A stretch of 61,983 nt of DNA, counting the filler, from Nemertoderma westbladi (taxonomy: Eukaryota; Animalia; Xenacoelomorpha): the NCBI GenBank assembly GCA_032718475.1. It is 4 parts of 4 records of this genome, joined end to end, with 100 filler letters (N's around TTAATTAATTAA, not from the genome) between each part and the next. Parts side by side here need not be neighbours in the genome. Positions count along the whole stretch, not along the records: positions 35,205 to 57,644 come from JAUCBJ010003738.1; positions 57,745 to 61,983 come from JAUCBJ010002157.1; 2 more parts are not named here. One strand, written 5' to 3'. Within the stretch, counting starts at the first letter, position 1. The number at the start of each line of letters is the position of its first letter. Below, piece after piece: positions 50,786 to 61,983 of the stretch. The position numbers were made by a program, and so were the translations under genes. The notes below the pieces were generated by a model, which did not search any database, was not told where the DNA came from, and worked only from the letters and a program-made list of their open reading frames with translations.

Positions 50786-52033
50786 CACCATAACCCTTAC
50801 TACAACAACCATTTTTAGGGTGTCGGAGCCCCACCCCCCCCCCCCCCCCCCCCACCCTAATTTTTTTCAAATTTCAATAAAATGCTACGAAATTTGGTAT
50901 GATGATAGGTCGACACCTTTTCTTACTGGTGGCCTGGCCGGATTTTTTAATTTATGAGCTATTTCGATATAACAAGCCCTTAAAAATCGTCTATTTCGCA
51001 ATATTTAGCCATCTCCGTCAGCTTTATTTTTCGTCTTTGGAATGTAATCTAGATATCATTAGAACCGCCTACATCTGTAGATTCCGAATATGAAACCCGT
51101 TGTAAATTTCACCAAGAACTTCCGGAGATATTATCAAAATACTAATGTGTAAATTTAGAGACGTAAATCGCTATAATTCTAATGTTTTGTTGTCCTTATT
51201 CTAGAATATTAATTATTATTTGGCTGAGCGTTTAAAACTCTCCTTCTTGTTTTTTCATTACCCATAATTAATATTCTAGAATTGAGTAAAAAAAACATTT
51301 GTGGGTGAGCCAGAATTTTGATTTTTGCTCTCAATCTTTAGCTACAAGCGTTTAAAAAAAGGTCTCTGTCGATATTGCACCAGTTACACCGTAGTTATTC
51401 TTCAACGATTTAGTGATTTGTTGGAATATTAGAATTTGGTTGCGAAATAGCTGAGTTATTGGCATTCGAATTTTGCATGTATTTGCTTCCACTGCAGGCC
51501 ATTTATTCTATTAATAAATACACAATGTTCTAGAACATTTTGTTTATCTCATAAGTAGCTTGGCAACAATGCAATGCCTACATGATAATACTAGTTTATA
51601 GATATTCCCACAATCAAAATGTTCTAGAACATTGTGTATTTATTTAATAGAATAAATGGCCTGCAGTGGAAGCAAATACATGCAAAATTCGAATGCCCAT
51701 ATCTCAGCTATTTCGCAAAAAAATTCAAATATTTTTACAAATTTGGAATCCTTGCACGGTCAGCTTTCCACTAGTATCAACAAATCACTAAATGTTTGAA
51801 GAATCACTGCGGTGTAACTGGTGCAATATCGACGGAGACACCTTTTTTAAACGCTTGTAGCTAAAGATTGAAAGCAAAAATAAAAATTCTGGCTCACCCA
51901 GCAAGGAGGAGGGAGGTGAAACTAACTCTGTTTCAAATTTTCATGCAATCTCGTTAAGATTTGTAGAAAAATTAAGGGGGGGGGGGGGGGGGGCATGTAC
52001 CAGAATAACGACACTATATTCCATGACATGGTG
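50786..52033. mobile_element. DNA transposon derivative with ta-CACCAT...ATGGTG-ta termini and a palindromic core
   Basis: Termini at 50786 and 52033; internal inverted arms 51300-51540 and 51620-51900. Confidence 0.55.
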
Positions 52034-52150
52034 TATAAAAGTTCACTTTCCACTGTGGCTCGAAAGAACTTAGTCTTCAGGTGCCTGGAGAGATCTGATT
52101 TCCAGATGGTATCCATTTTTGATAGAGCTACCCATGATTTGCTTTCCTAA
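52034..52150 (-). mobile_element. RTE LINE fragment
   Basis: MDTIWKSDLSRHLKTKFFRATVESELLY, an RTE post-RT motif. Confidence 0.65.
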
Positions 52151-52219
52151 CTTCCATGTTTTTTTTTGCTACTCTCTATCCCTGACCCAAGGTACAGGAA
52201 GTCGAACCTTCCTTAGTTA

Positions 52220-52638
52220 CACCATGACCCGTAATATAGTGTCATTTTCTGATGATACGGACCCCTTGCGTTCCAAGGATTCCAAATATGTAACAATATC
52301 TGAATTTCGTTGAGAAACAGCTGAGAAATACAGTAGGCGTGAAGATTGCAAGAATTATCGTTCGCTGCAGGCCATTTATTTTATTTAAAAAATACACAAA
52401 ATTATATTCTTAAAAATAGGCATTTTTAACGGATGGTTGGGGCTAAATAAAATACGGCCAGGCCAGCAGGAAGAAAAGGTGTCGAACTATCTGGATACAG
52501 AAATTTAGTTGCATTTTATACAAATTTTACAATTTGGGAGGCGGGGGTGGAGGTGGGGGGGGGGGGGGGGGGTGGAGGGGGGTGGAGGGATCTCCGACCT
52601 GCTAAAAATGGTTGAAAATTTAATTAAGGAAGATGGTG
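52220..52638. mobile_element. Second CACCAT-terminus element, opposite orientation
   Basis: ta-CACCATGACCCGTAATATAGTGTC ... ATGGTG-ta; 52455-52615 is the inverse of 50807-50940. Confidence 0.55.
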
Positions 52639-52851
52639 TATCTTAGTCCAGAACGATGATAAGTTGACATAGACTCGCCCTTATATCTTAATGGATATAA
52701 TACGTCTGGTTGGGCCTGGAATACAGACTCAACATGAAAGTACCGACGGTAGTATATTTAATGCAGTTAATTGTAATTCCTTGTAACCTTGCACTTTATG
52801 TTTCACTTCCAATTAACAATTATATCATTATTGGCTTATACGTGGTTACAG

Positions 52852-53476
52852 GTATACCCGAGGTGCATACCTCTACTCTGCCACTGCAGTCGCCATAGAG
52901 GTGTCGCTTAGCAACCACACGGATGACGTCATCGAGGGTGTGGAGTTGCGGGAGGGGAAACGGCAGGAGAGTGGGGTGTCTGTTGGTTCAATCGATCCGA
53001 TCGGATCTATCGGAGCCGGCGAGACCCATCGGGTCATTCTGGGTGTCGACTACGGAGACACGACCCGCGCGGCAGCCCTCGAACTCCAAGTAGGGAGTCG
53101 ACGTCACGCGGTCGCCATAGCGACCCCGGTGGGCGAGCAGCTGCGGCCCGGGGAGTCGATGGCCGCCGCGGAATTCGTCGCGGCTCGAGCCAAACTCGGT
53201 GGGATGAACGAAGTCCGGGTCCGTGTGGAGCGACACGGACTCGGTGCGGAGTCGGTTCGACGCCGTCTAGCGGACGCCGCGCACGTCGGTCCCGTTGTCG
53301 CCGATACCGGCGAGGTGCTCCGCTACGCCGGCCGCACGGTTTCCACGGCGACGTTGGTTCTGGTTACCTTGGCTACGGACGACGCGGGTGTGGAAGTGAC
53401 AGTGAACTGCGAGCGGATGGTGGTGGGATCGATGTTACTGAAAGAGATTCGGTTGGCGTTAGAGAGCGCCCCGTAG
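52852..53476 (+). CDS. AP3B: AP-3 beta terminal exon (ear/appendage domain)
   Basis: tacag|G TAT ACC CGA (RYTRG...VILGVDYGDTT...TPVGEQLRP...KLGGMNE...VTVNCERMVVGSMLLKEI), ending in TAG at 53474-76. Confidence 0.92.
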
Positions 53477-53854
53477 CGGATGAGAGGTGAACTGGGGTTG
53501 TTTACCACAATTGTGCAGAGTCATTCCTTCTTAATTATACCGTAGTAATTGGGATAAACTGGACGAGAAGTCCTTAAAAATTATAACTATTATTATAAAC
53601 ATTTTGCAATCTTCCCTTTAGGTGAAGAATATCAAAGTTTATGAATTCCAGACGCCGATATTTTATTTGGAAATGGAGACTTTCACTGTATATAACTCTA
53701 GGTTATGATATCCGTGACATAAAGTATAACTTTATGCTGCGGGTGAGAACGCAGTAGAGGCCATAGGGCGTTTAATTATGAGTTAGGCACGTTACCGGTA
53801 CAGGAAGACTAACAATTACTTTCATTTTAAAATTCCCAGCATTGTAATCTCTCC

Positions 53855-54245
53855 ACCATGTCCTGGAATATAGTGTCGAGATTAATATATGTAAACTGTC
53901 GATATCCAAATAAAAATATCGATATCGTTACATATTTGGAATCCTTGCACGCACAGCTTTCACATTGCTACCAAGCGATCCAGCTATATCAAGCTACCAG
54001 CTATAAGGTATAATAATAACTGCAGTCCGAGTGGTGCAATATCGCAGGAGATACTTTCTTTTTTAAACGCTTGCAGCTAAAGATTGAAAGCAAAAATAAA
54101 AGTTCGGATTCACCCACGAAGTGGTCGGGAGATGAAACTATCTCTGTTACAACTTTCATGCATTCTCATTAAGATTTGTAGAAAATTGTGGGGGGTCCAG
54201 GTGCCTGAATAACGAGTGAACCACTATTTATTCCAGAACATGGTG
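53855..54245. mobile_element. Third CACCAT-terminus MITE copy
   Basis: CACCATGTCCTGGAATATAGTG ... TATTCCAGAACATGGTG; shares the AAACGCTTG.AGCTAAAGATTGAAAGC arm. Confidence 0.55.
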
Positions 54246-55136
54246 TAATTAAGTGATAGATTATAGACTATAAGTAATAATAGTTTAATTATTATTCAAA
54301 CCAGTTTATCCCAAACTCTATGTGTTTTACTATTTATAATATTTATTAGTGTAATAATTTATTTGTTGCTTAGATTTATTGTGCACAAAACAATTAATTA
54401 GATTTCGATTTGTCTTTCTCTCGCAAATGTTAACAAATTTAAAGGATTTAAGGCGGGTTAACCTCAGGAATATTAACAAATAGTCAGTCCTATAGAAAAC
54501 AAATGAATTGTGTTCTTTTTATATTATTTGTAAAATGGAATGGTCTTCGATTCACATACTTACTGTATTGGTTGTCTCATGGATCTGGAATTATTATTGT
54601 CCTAATTCAGTGACATGGACGGACAGCTCACCTCCTGCCTAATTGTAATAATTTCGGGCATTCTTTTTTGCAACTTTCAAACGCCCATATCTCAGCCAGC
54701 TGTCTTAACGGTTGTAGCTAAAGATTGAAAGCGCCGGGGGGGGGGGGGGGGGGTCAGTTCATTGGATTTAAGAAAAATTATAATTCAGAATATTGTCTGG
54801 AGGAGTGTTCCTCTATGTGTAAGCCTGGGAATACTCATTAGTGATATTTTGGCAACAACAATCAGTAGTATTTATCATCCAATAAATAGTTAATTTAAAA
54901 GGTTTCTTAGCAACACAATTATTGTAATACAGTAGGAAATTATTTCCTTTTCAAAATAAATTGCAGTTTTATAATAAATGTTGCGCACAAATTAATTGTT
55001 TCTGTTAAGAAGCTTGTTTATATGTTTGACATGGAGATGTGTTGCATCTTCATATAATAAACTGGTAAAAGGATTTGATATACTTATACCTATAACTCTT
55101 ATTTACCAATAACAGTATCGATTAGACCCATAGACC

Positions 55137-55397
55137 ATGTCGATTAAATCACGCAGCCGTTGCTTCACCATCTGGGCCAACATGCGTATCCATGACTACC
55201 ACTCTCCGCCAATGGGTGATGTTCTAATGGATATCGTTACGGGGGCTTACCTTAGAGACATATTGCATAGTTACACGGCCAAACCATTGCGTCGGCTGGA
55301 TTCCATGGACGGGTTGACACAGACGCAGGTGCAGACTCGAGTGGAATGGGCCTTGGACGAGTTGAAGAGGTTCAAGATAGTTAGTGAAGAACTTAAG
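55137..55397 (+). CDS. Calponin-homology (CH)-like domain protein, exon 1
   Basis: RCFTIWANMRI...DVLMDIVTGAYLRDIL...QTRVEWALDELK fits the CH pattern FT.W.N..., D...G..L..L; donor AAG|GTAAAT, phase 0. Confidence 0.65.
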
Positions 55398-55989
55398 GTA
55401 AATAGTTTAAAAATAATTGTATATTTATAAATTTATTTTATTTACCGATTATTCTCTGCTTAAATATAAATTTATGGGCCCAGTGCCTTAAAGTTTAGGA
55501 AATAGTCCTGTCGTAACCCGATAGATCCTCTTTCTTATCTGTTTAGCTTTAAGACAGTGGAGGCGCCACACTAACTCCCAATGTAGAATGCACTCTCTAC
55601 CCAACTATTTTCTTTTATTAGCCCAGCATGTCCGGTTTTCATTACACCGGGTCCCAACTGAAGCAAGTCCCTTACAATTAATAGCTGAACAAATATTTAG
55701 GTAGTACTGAGGGATTGTCACCCAAATTTATATTTATAAAAATATGTTTTGGGTGGCTGCAGCCACACCTTTGTCACACCAACTCAAACAAGTTGTAGGC
55801 CTATTATATCGGTAAATATAACCTGAAATCAAATTCTTTACATTATTATTTATATTCTGTAGGCCTACCTCATGGTTATAGACTATTAAGGATTCAAATT
55901 TAAATTTTAATCATTTTACAAATGTTTCTCATATGAACGACTGAATAGTAGGCTAGTTGCTCAAGATATAATATTATAAAATATTTCAG

Positions 55990-56215
55990 ATAAAAGCTAA
56001 AATGTTCGCAATGCGAAGTCATGAGCAAATATTAACTTTACTCTGGGAATTGGTAAGCTATGATGTTGCGTTGCTATGGGAACGTATTGACTACCTACTC
56101 CTGGACTCTGACGAACTAATGACGTCAGCACCTTTTCGATGGGTCCCAAACCCTCCACCAGTTGTCGCGAAGAAGAAAGCAGTTCGAATGGATCAAACAA
56201 CAGCCCTACTGACAG
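55990..56215 (+). CDS. CH-like domain protein, exon 2
   Basis: tttcag|ATA AAA (IKAKMFAMRSHEQILTLLWELV...) contains the CH terminal I..LLW.L helix; probable donor ACAG|GTGAAT. If unspliced, it reads on to TAG at 56221-23. Confidence 0.62.
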
Positions 56216-57400
56216 GTGAATAGAAAACAAAAGTATTCAATAAAACAACAGCCCTACTGGCAGTTCAATAGAAAACGAAAGTATTCAATAAAACAACAGC
56301 CCTACTGACAGGTGAATAGAAAACGAAAGTATTCAATAAAACAACAGCCCTACTGACAGGTGAATAGAAAACAAAAGTATTCAATAAAACAACAGCCCTA
56401 CTGACAGGTGAATAGAAAACGAAAGTATTCAATAAACAACAGCCCTACTGGCAGTTCAATAGAAAACGAAAGTATTCAATAAAACAACAGCCCTACTGAC
56501 AGGTGAATAGAAAACGAAAGTATTCAATAAAACAACAGCCCTACTGACAGGTGAATAGAAAACGAAAGTATTCAATAAAACAACAGCCCTACTGACAGGT
56601 GAATAGAAAACAAAAGTATTCAATAAAACAACAGCCCTACTGGCAGTTCAATAGAAAACGAAAGTATTCAATAAAACAACAGCCATACTGACAGGTAAAT
56701 AGAAAACGAAAATATTCAATAAAACAACAGCCCTACTGACAGGTGAATAGAAAACAAAAGTATTCAATAAAACAACAGCCCTACTGACAGGTGAATAGAA
56801 AACAAAAGTATTCAATAAAACAACAGCCCTACTGGCAGTTCAATAGAAAACGAAAGTATTCAATAAAACAACAGCCCTACTGGCAGTTCAATAGAAAACG
56901 AAAGTATTCAATAAAACAACAGCCCTACTGACAGGTGAATAGAAAACGAAAGTATTCAATAAAACAACAGCCCTACTGGCAGTTCAATAGAAAACGAAAG
57001 TATTCAATAAAACAACAGCCCTACTGACAGGTGAATAGAAAACGAAAGTATTCAATAAAACAACAGCCCTACTGGCAGGTGAATAGAAAACGAAAGTATT
57101 CAATAAAACAACAGCCCTACTGGCAGTTCAATAGAAAACGAAGTATTCAATAAAACAACAGCCCTACTGACAGGTGAATAGAAAACGAAAGTATTCAATA
57201 AAACAACAGCCCTACTGACAGGTGAATAGAAAACAAAAGTATTCAATAAAACAACAGCCCTACTGGCAGTTCAATAGAAAACGAAAGTATTCAATAAAAC
57301 AACAGCCCTACTGGCAGTTCAATAGAAAACGAAAGTATTCAATAAAACAACAGCCCTACTGGCAGTTCAATAGAAAACAAAAGTATTCAATAAAACAACA
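56195..57400. repeat. 48-bp minisatellite, about 25 copies, two main variants
   Basis: Unit AAACAACAGCCCTACTG(ACAGGTG/GCAGTTC)AATAGAAAAC(A/G)AAAGTATTCAATA; period 56201 to 56249. Confidence 0.97.
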
Positions 57401-57644
57401 CGTTCGTGGGGCCTTCGCGCAGCACGAGGTCCAGTTATGAGATACAAATTAAAATTAAGCGACTGTATCACAAAATCAGGTTTTGAGAAATTTACCCACA
57501 CCACCAATCAATCAAAGAAAGGGGGACAGTACGTGTTCACCCCTTTTAATCCCCCCCCCCCCCCCCCCCCACCCTTCTCAACCACCAATACATAACCGTG
57601 ACATCTACCACCCACGGAAGGGTAGAACGAACTTATTTCCAATC

Positions 57645-57744
57645 NNNNNNNNNNNNNNNNNNNNNNNNNNNNNNNNNNNNNNNNNNNNTTAATTAATTAA
57701 NNNNNNNNNNNNNNNNNNNNNNNNNNNNNNNNNNNNNNNNNNNN
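57645..57744. other. Artificial contig linker
   Basis: 44 N + TTAATTAATTAA + 44 N. Confidence 0.99.
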
Positions 57745-57895
57745 CTGTTGGAGAATCCCGTCGTCGAGTAGTCGGCGAAGCAACCGTTGGAGAATCTCGT
57801 CGTCGAGTAGTCGGCGGAGCAACCGTCAGAGAATCCCGTCGTCTAGTAGTCGGCGGAGCAACCGTTGGAGAATCTCGTCGTCGAGTAGTCGGCGG
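57745..57895. repeat. 39-bp tandem repeat x4 (PTTRRRDSPTVAP on the minus strand)
   Basis: GTTGGAGAATC(C/T)CGTCGTCGAGTAGTCGGCGGAGCAACC units, cut by the contig start. Confidence 0.9.
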
Positions 57896-58739
57896 CCCTG
57901 AAATTGATCGGTTCAAGGATCCCCGTTGCTGTCGCGATCCGTGTAACGAGGGCGAGAGAGAACCACGACGCAACTTTGAAACAGCTCCCGATGACTTGTA
58001 GAGGAACGAATGTTCGTCCGTGCTGTCTGGATGAGGAGAACCAGAAGCGGAACGCAGTTTCTGACGATAGGAAGGCTTACCCGTGGGAAAGTTAACGCTT
58101 CCAGCTTGTTTGCGCTCGGGTCGACGCGCAGGCATACAGTGGAATAATCGTCAGAGACCCGCCACCCACAGTCTGACTGCCTGATGCAGTGATGGGTACG
58201 GTAGTTGGTCGTGGTAGCGATAGCCTGGTAGGCCAGACAGAGTTAGAGTACCTGTTGCCGGTAGTGGGTAGCGCGGTAGGCCTGTCAGACTGTCAGTTTC
58301 TCTTCTCCCGGACAAGCCCCCATGTGGAAGCGCTATCGGCGCCCGGTCCCGGATCCACGGCCACGCACTATCCCGCTCGAGGGGTGAGCTGGAGAAGACT
58401 GAAGTGAAACTAGCTGCAGTATACCAGTATATTGTGTATTGAGATACATGAATAACAAATAATGATATGATACAATCAGACAATGAAACTAATAACGAAC
58501 TACCTACAAAACATGACTGACAACCCTACACCGGTAAGTCATCTCAATAACTAAACTGAATGATAACTACTGACTGCGCCCTGCCCCCAGGACTATATCC
58601 CTGACAACTACCGTACAACCAGCTGTTCACACCCTAGGTGCTAACAAGATACTACTATATCATACCTACCTAACCTATACAATACATACTAATCAGTCCA
58701 ATTATACACCATCCCATAATACAATATCACACTATCTGT

Positions 58740-61300
58740 GCTACTGTCTGCCAGACTCATTGCACTGGACAAAAACCGGGGCGTCAGACCCATAGGGATC
58801 AGTGAGGTGTCATATGTAAATCTATCACCAATTGTATCCGTCTGGATCTGGAGTCGGAGGATCTGGAGTCTGTCGGTGGGAACACCCAATTCTGCCTGGG
58901 TCAGAAGGCTGGCATTGAATTCGCCATCCACAGCCTCACGATGGAGTGGGACTCGGACGACTGTGATGGGGTTCTACAGATAGACGCTACATATGCCTTC
59001 AATGTACTGAACCATTTGGCTGCCCTCCACAACATCAAAGTTGTCTGCCCTGCCGTTCTCACCATAGTCACCAATTGCTACAGCAAACCAGCTCGACTCT
59101 TTGTGGGAGGGGAGACGTTGCTCTCTGAAAAGGGGACCACACAGGGTGACTCCATTGCCATGGCGATGTATGGGTGCTCCATTATGCCACTGTTAGCTGA
59201 GTTGGGACGCGCAAGCAAGGCCACACAGCGGTGGTATGCTGATGATGGCAATGTGGCAGGAAAATTCACTGACCTACGTGCCTTCCTAGAGGTCGCCACC
59301 ACAAGAGGTCCTCTCTTAGGCTACTTCTCATCCAAGGGTCACCTCACAATGAAACCAGCAATGTTGGAAGATGCTGAGATTCTTTTCACCAACACTGGTG
59401 TTGCCATCAACATGACAGGCCACGAGCTACTCGGCGGGGCTGTTGGCACTGAGGAGTATCGCACCACGTTACTAGAAGAGAAGGCCCAGGAGTTCACCAT
59501 GGAAGTGGATCGTCTCGCGGGGGTGGCAGCAGTGGACCCCCACTGTGCGTACGCGGGCCTCGCATTTGGCCTTGCCTGTCAGTGGTGGTTCATCACCTGT
59601 GTTGTATCCACTGCGCCAGCCCATCTCACCCTGTTGGAGGAAGCTGTTAATCGATTCCTTTGCCGTCTCACCGATCGGCCAGCTATCTCAAAGAGGAATG
59701 CCTGTTACTTTCCCTGCCAGTCCGTGATAGGGGTATCAGCATTCCGGTGCCCACTGACCGGGGGTCTATAGTAATAGTGTCAACTGAATTTCCGTCCATC
59801 TTCAGAATTGTATCTCTGGAAATGGATTGTTTTCGGCTGGAACCCAGTTCAAGAAGCGAACTGGAAAGCTATGGACTCATAGTGGACCCAGTGGTCACAA
59901 GTCCCAGATAGACCATATTCTGTTTCGTAGGAAGTACAGGAGCTCTATACAAGACTGTAATGCATTTACACTTCGACCCTTCTCCAGTGATCACCGCCCT
60001 ATTGTGGCCAAGGTAAGATTTAGTCTGCGTGATAGCAGAACAATGAAATCTGCCTTGCCGCGGCATGACTGGTCCTCTCTGTTGCAACAGCCAAGTGTGA
60101 GATCCAGCTTCACACTACAGCTGAGCAACATGTATGAGGTTCTTGCCTCTGAGGCGGCAGATCACTGTGAGGGCTATACTGCCTTCACAGAGGCAGTTAA
60201 GTTAGCAGCTGCAGAAATAGTTCCTGTATACCCTCGAAAAAGGAAACGGGCCCCCTGGACTAACAACAAAATTCAGAAGTGCCGAAATGACCTCTACAAG
60301 GCTCAGAAAGAGTCCCGACTCAAACAGACTACAGCGGCCAAGAATGCAGTTAAGGCTGCATCTAGGTCCCTGAACAGGCAGTACTCTGTTAATTTACAGG
60401 AGCTAATAAACCAACAGGTTGATGCCATCAATGATGCTGACGACAGCAGGCAATCATCCCAGGTGGTGGGCAGGTTGAAGGTAGAGGCGCTGCTCCAGTC
60501 GATGGAAAAGAGAGAGGAAGTGGTGGGAAAGTTATCTTCTCCCCAGCAGCGGCTCCATGGACTGACCACCGAAAAGGGCGCTTCTATCTGGCTCAACACT
60601 AAGCCACTCATCCTCCAGGACACCCACCTGGACAAGGGTGAATTCAGGGATCCCTGTGCCTCCGTTATGGGTGGATGCCAAAGTCACTACCGCGTTCTGT
60701 CGTGCCCCACTGGAGGATTTCCTTCCTTCAGGCACAACGAGATCCGGCACTCTGTCGCTGATGCTCTGATGGAGGTGTCACATAATGTGGCTATGGAGCC
60801 AGTCCGCCAACCGCTAACGGGCGAGCAGTTTGAACACCGCAGCACTTCAACGGACCAGCTGGTGAGATTGGACGTCTCAGTGAGCGGCTTCTGGGGCAAT
60901 CGGTTCCAGAAGACGTTCCTGGACGTCTCAGTCTTCAATCCACTGGCAGAAACTAATGCCACTATGTCTCTACCGTCAGCCCACCTTTACCATGAAGCGC
61001 GGAAGAACCTAAAGTGTCAGGAACGAGTGAGGGAGGTGGAACACGCCACCTTCACGCCTCTGATATTCTCCGCGTTTGGTGGTATGGAGCCTTCAGCCAT
61101 ACATCTGGTGAAGCGGTTGGTACCGCCTGGTAGAGAAGCGAGAAACGTGGTACGCGGAGTGCATCACATGGGTTCGGCGAAAGTTGAACTTCACGTTGTT
61201 GCGCTCGGCCCTCATGTGTCTCCATGGACACCAGTCGGATGCTAGACGACCCATTCGCTGCACAAATTCAGTTGCAGCAGTCATTGTGCATGCGAATGCG
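58740..61300 (+). mobile_element. Degenerate CRE-clade non-LTR retrotransposon (RT + restriction-like endonuclease)
   Basis: RLIALDKNRGVRPIGI, LQIDATYAFN, KGTTQGDSIAMAMY, WYADDG; C-terminal GAS.WL, RHNEIR, RLDV.V.GFW, FLDVSVFNP, HE..K. Several frameshifts. Confidence 0.85.
59815..60460 (+). mobile_element. Internal RTE-clade fragment (APE C-terminus + linker) embedded in the CRE element
   Basis: TQFKKRTGKLWTH..PSGHKSQIDHIL...SSDHRPIVAKVRFSLR...DWSSL...F.LQLSN.YEVL...KRKRAPW. Confidence 0.75.
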
Positions 61301-61479
61301 GATGTTGCCCCACCACCATAGACCCCAACGAGTGCAGACAAGACCACGAAGAAACGGTAATGTTGAAACCGTTAGAAATATTTGACAAATAAGGGGTCAT
61401 ACATGTGGAATCGAAATGTACAGAATATGAAGAAAATATCGTGATACTGGTCAACGTAAAAAAGGCTCGACATGAATAA

Positions 61480-61860
61480 CTGACTATTGTATGGGATGGA
61501 CGCACAATCTCCCCCATAGCCTTCAAATTGCTTTAAATTCGAGCACTCGTCTGATAAAGGGCCAATGACGGAGGTCTACATAACGCCGGTTATCTGAAGT
61601 AACTTTCAGAATCCACTATAAAATTGATCTTCTCGCCTGGAAAGCATCGATTGGCTCCGCCTCCAGGTAACTTCTGGACATCAAACTGAGTGCCTGTATT
61701 AGTAGGCCGGCCTATGGTCGTTACCATCCGACCTTCAACCTATCAAGCATTTGGTGCTAAATATTTCGGTTAGGCAGCCCCAATGTTCTTCAATAGCCTC
61801 TCCCTAAACGTTAGAACAGCAACAGAGACGTGTAGACCTAGTAAACAGTATTAGAGTCGG
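61480..61860 (+). mobile_element. Old L2-type LINE 3' remnant
   Basis: Broken frames give YKIDLLAWKA and AAPMFFNSLSLNVR, L2-type C-terminal motifs. Confidence 0.4.
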
Positions 61861-61983
61861 CTTAAAGCTGAACATTTCTGTATAACCGAGCATTAAACCA
61901 TTAAAAGTGCCTTAAAATATACTTACATAACTGTAGTACATAGCCGATACGTAGAGTGTTGTAATAGTAGGCCTATACATTAT

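Noticed and set aside
8750-57570. Frequent poly-G/poly-C runs (e.g. 8756, 16720, 41953, 52555) and the polyGly/polyPro ORFs they create
   Set aside because: They are simple homopolymers inside repeats and introns, with no shared flanking structure.
20795-57744. TTAATTAATTAA motifs, ORFs ending in 'LIN', and gene neighbourhoods across N runs
   Set aside because: These are synthetic linkers; the contigs are not known to be adjacent, so no cross-contig cluster can be inferred.

Overview
AT-rich, repeat-dense animal (invertebrate-like) nuclear DNA. The window is four unrelated contigs joined by artificial 100-bp linkers (44 N + TTAATTAATTAA + 44 N), giving contigs 1-20794, 20895-35104, 35205-57644 and 57745-61983, so adjacency across linkers means nothing. 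Host genes: (1) an intronless Xi-class GST (glutathionyl-hydroquinone reductase, YqjG/ECM4-like) broken by a 4-bp duplication; (2) a 3-exon membrane-anchored ML/NPC2-family gene; (3) a U2 snRNA followed by a Pol III-type vault/tRNA-like small RNA candidate; (4) the 5' part of sphingolipid delta-4 desaturase DEGS; (5) the last five exons of AP-3 beta adaptin; (6) the first two exons of a calponin-homology-like gene. The rest is mostly nested transposons: CR1/L2-group, RTE-X, RTE and CRE LINEs, SINEs, an ISL2EU derivative with a YqaJ exon, a MULE-like foldback, several MITEs, and minisatellites. The most unusual observations are a 48-bp array that multiplies a splice donor, stop codon and poly(A) signal about 25 times; a vault-RNA-like unit beside U2; a 41-bp satellite with a 1007-bp higher-order repeat that arose inside a MITE arm; and an in-frame RTE-endonuclease/CRE-RLE chimera. 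I see no CRISPR or prokaryotic system and cannot claim a proven new system. All family assignments come from motif recognition, not database searches.
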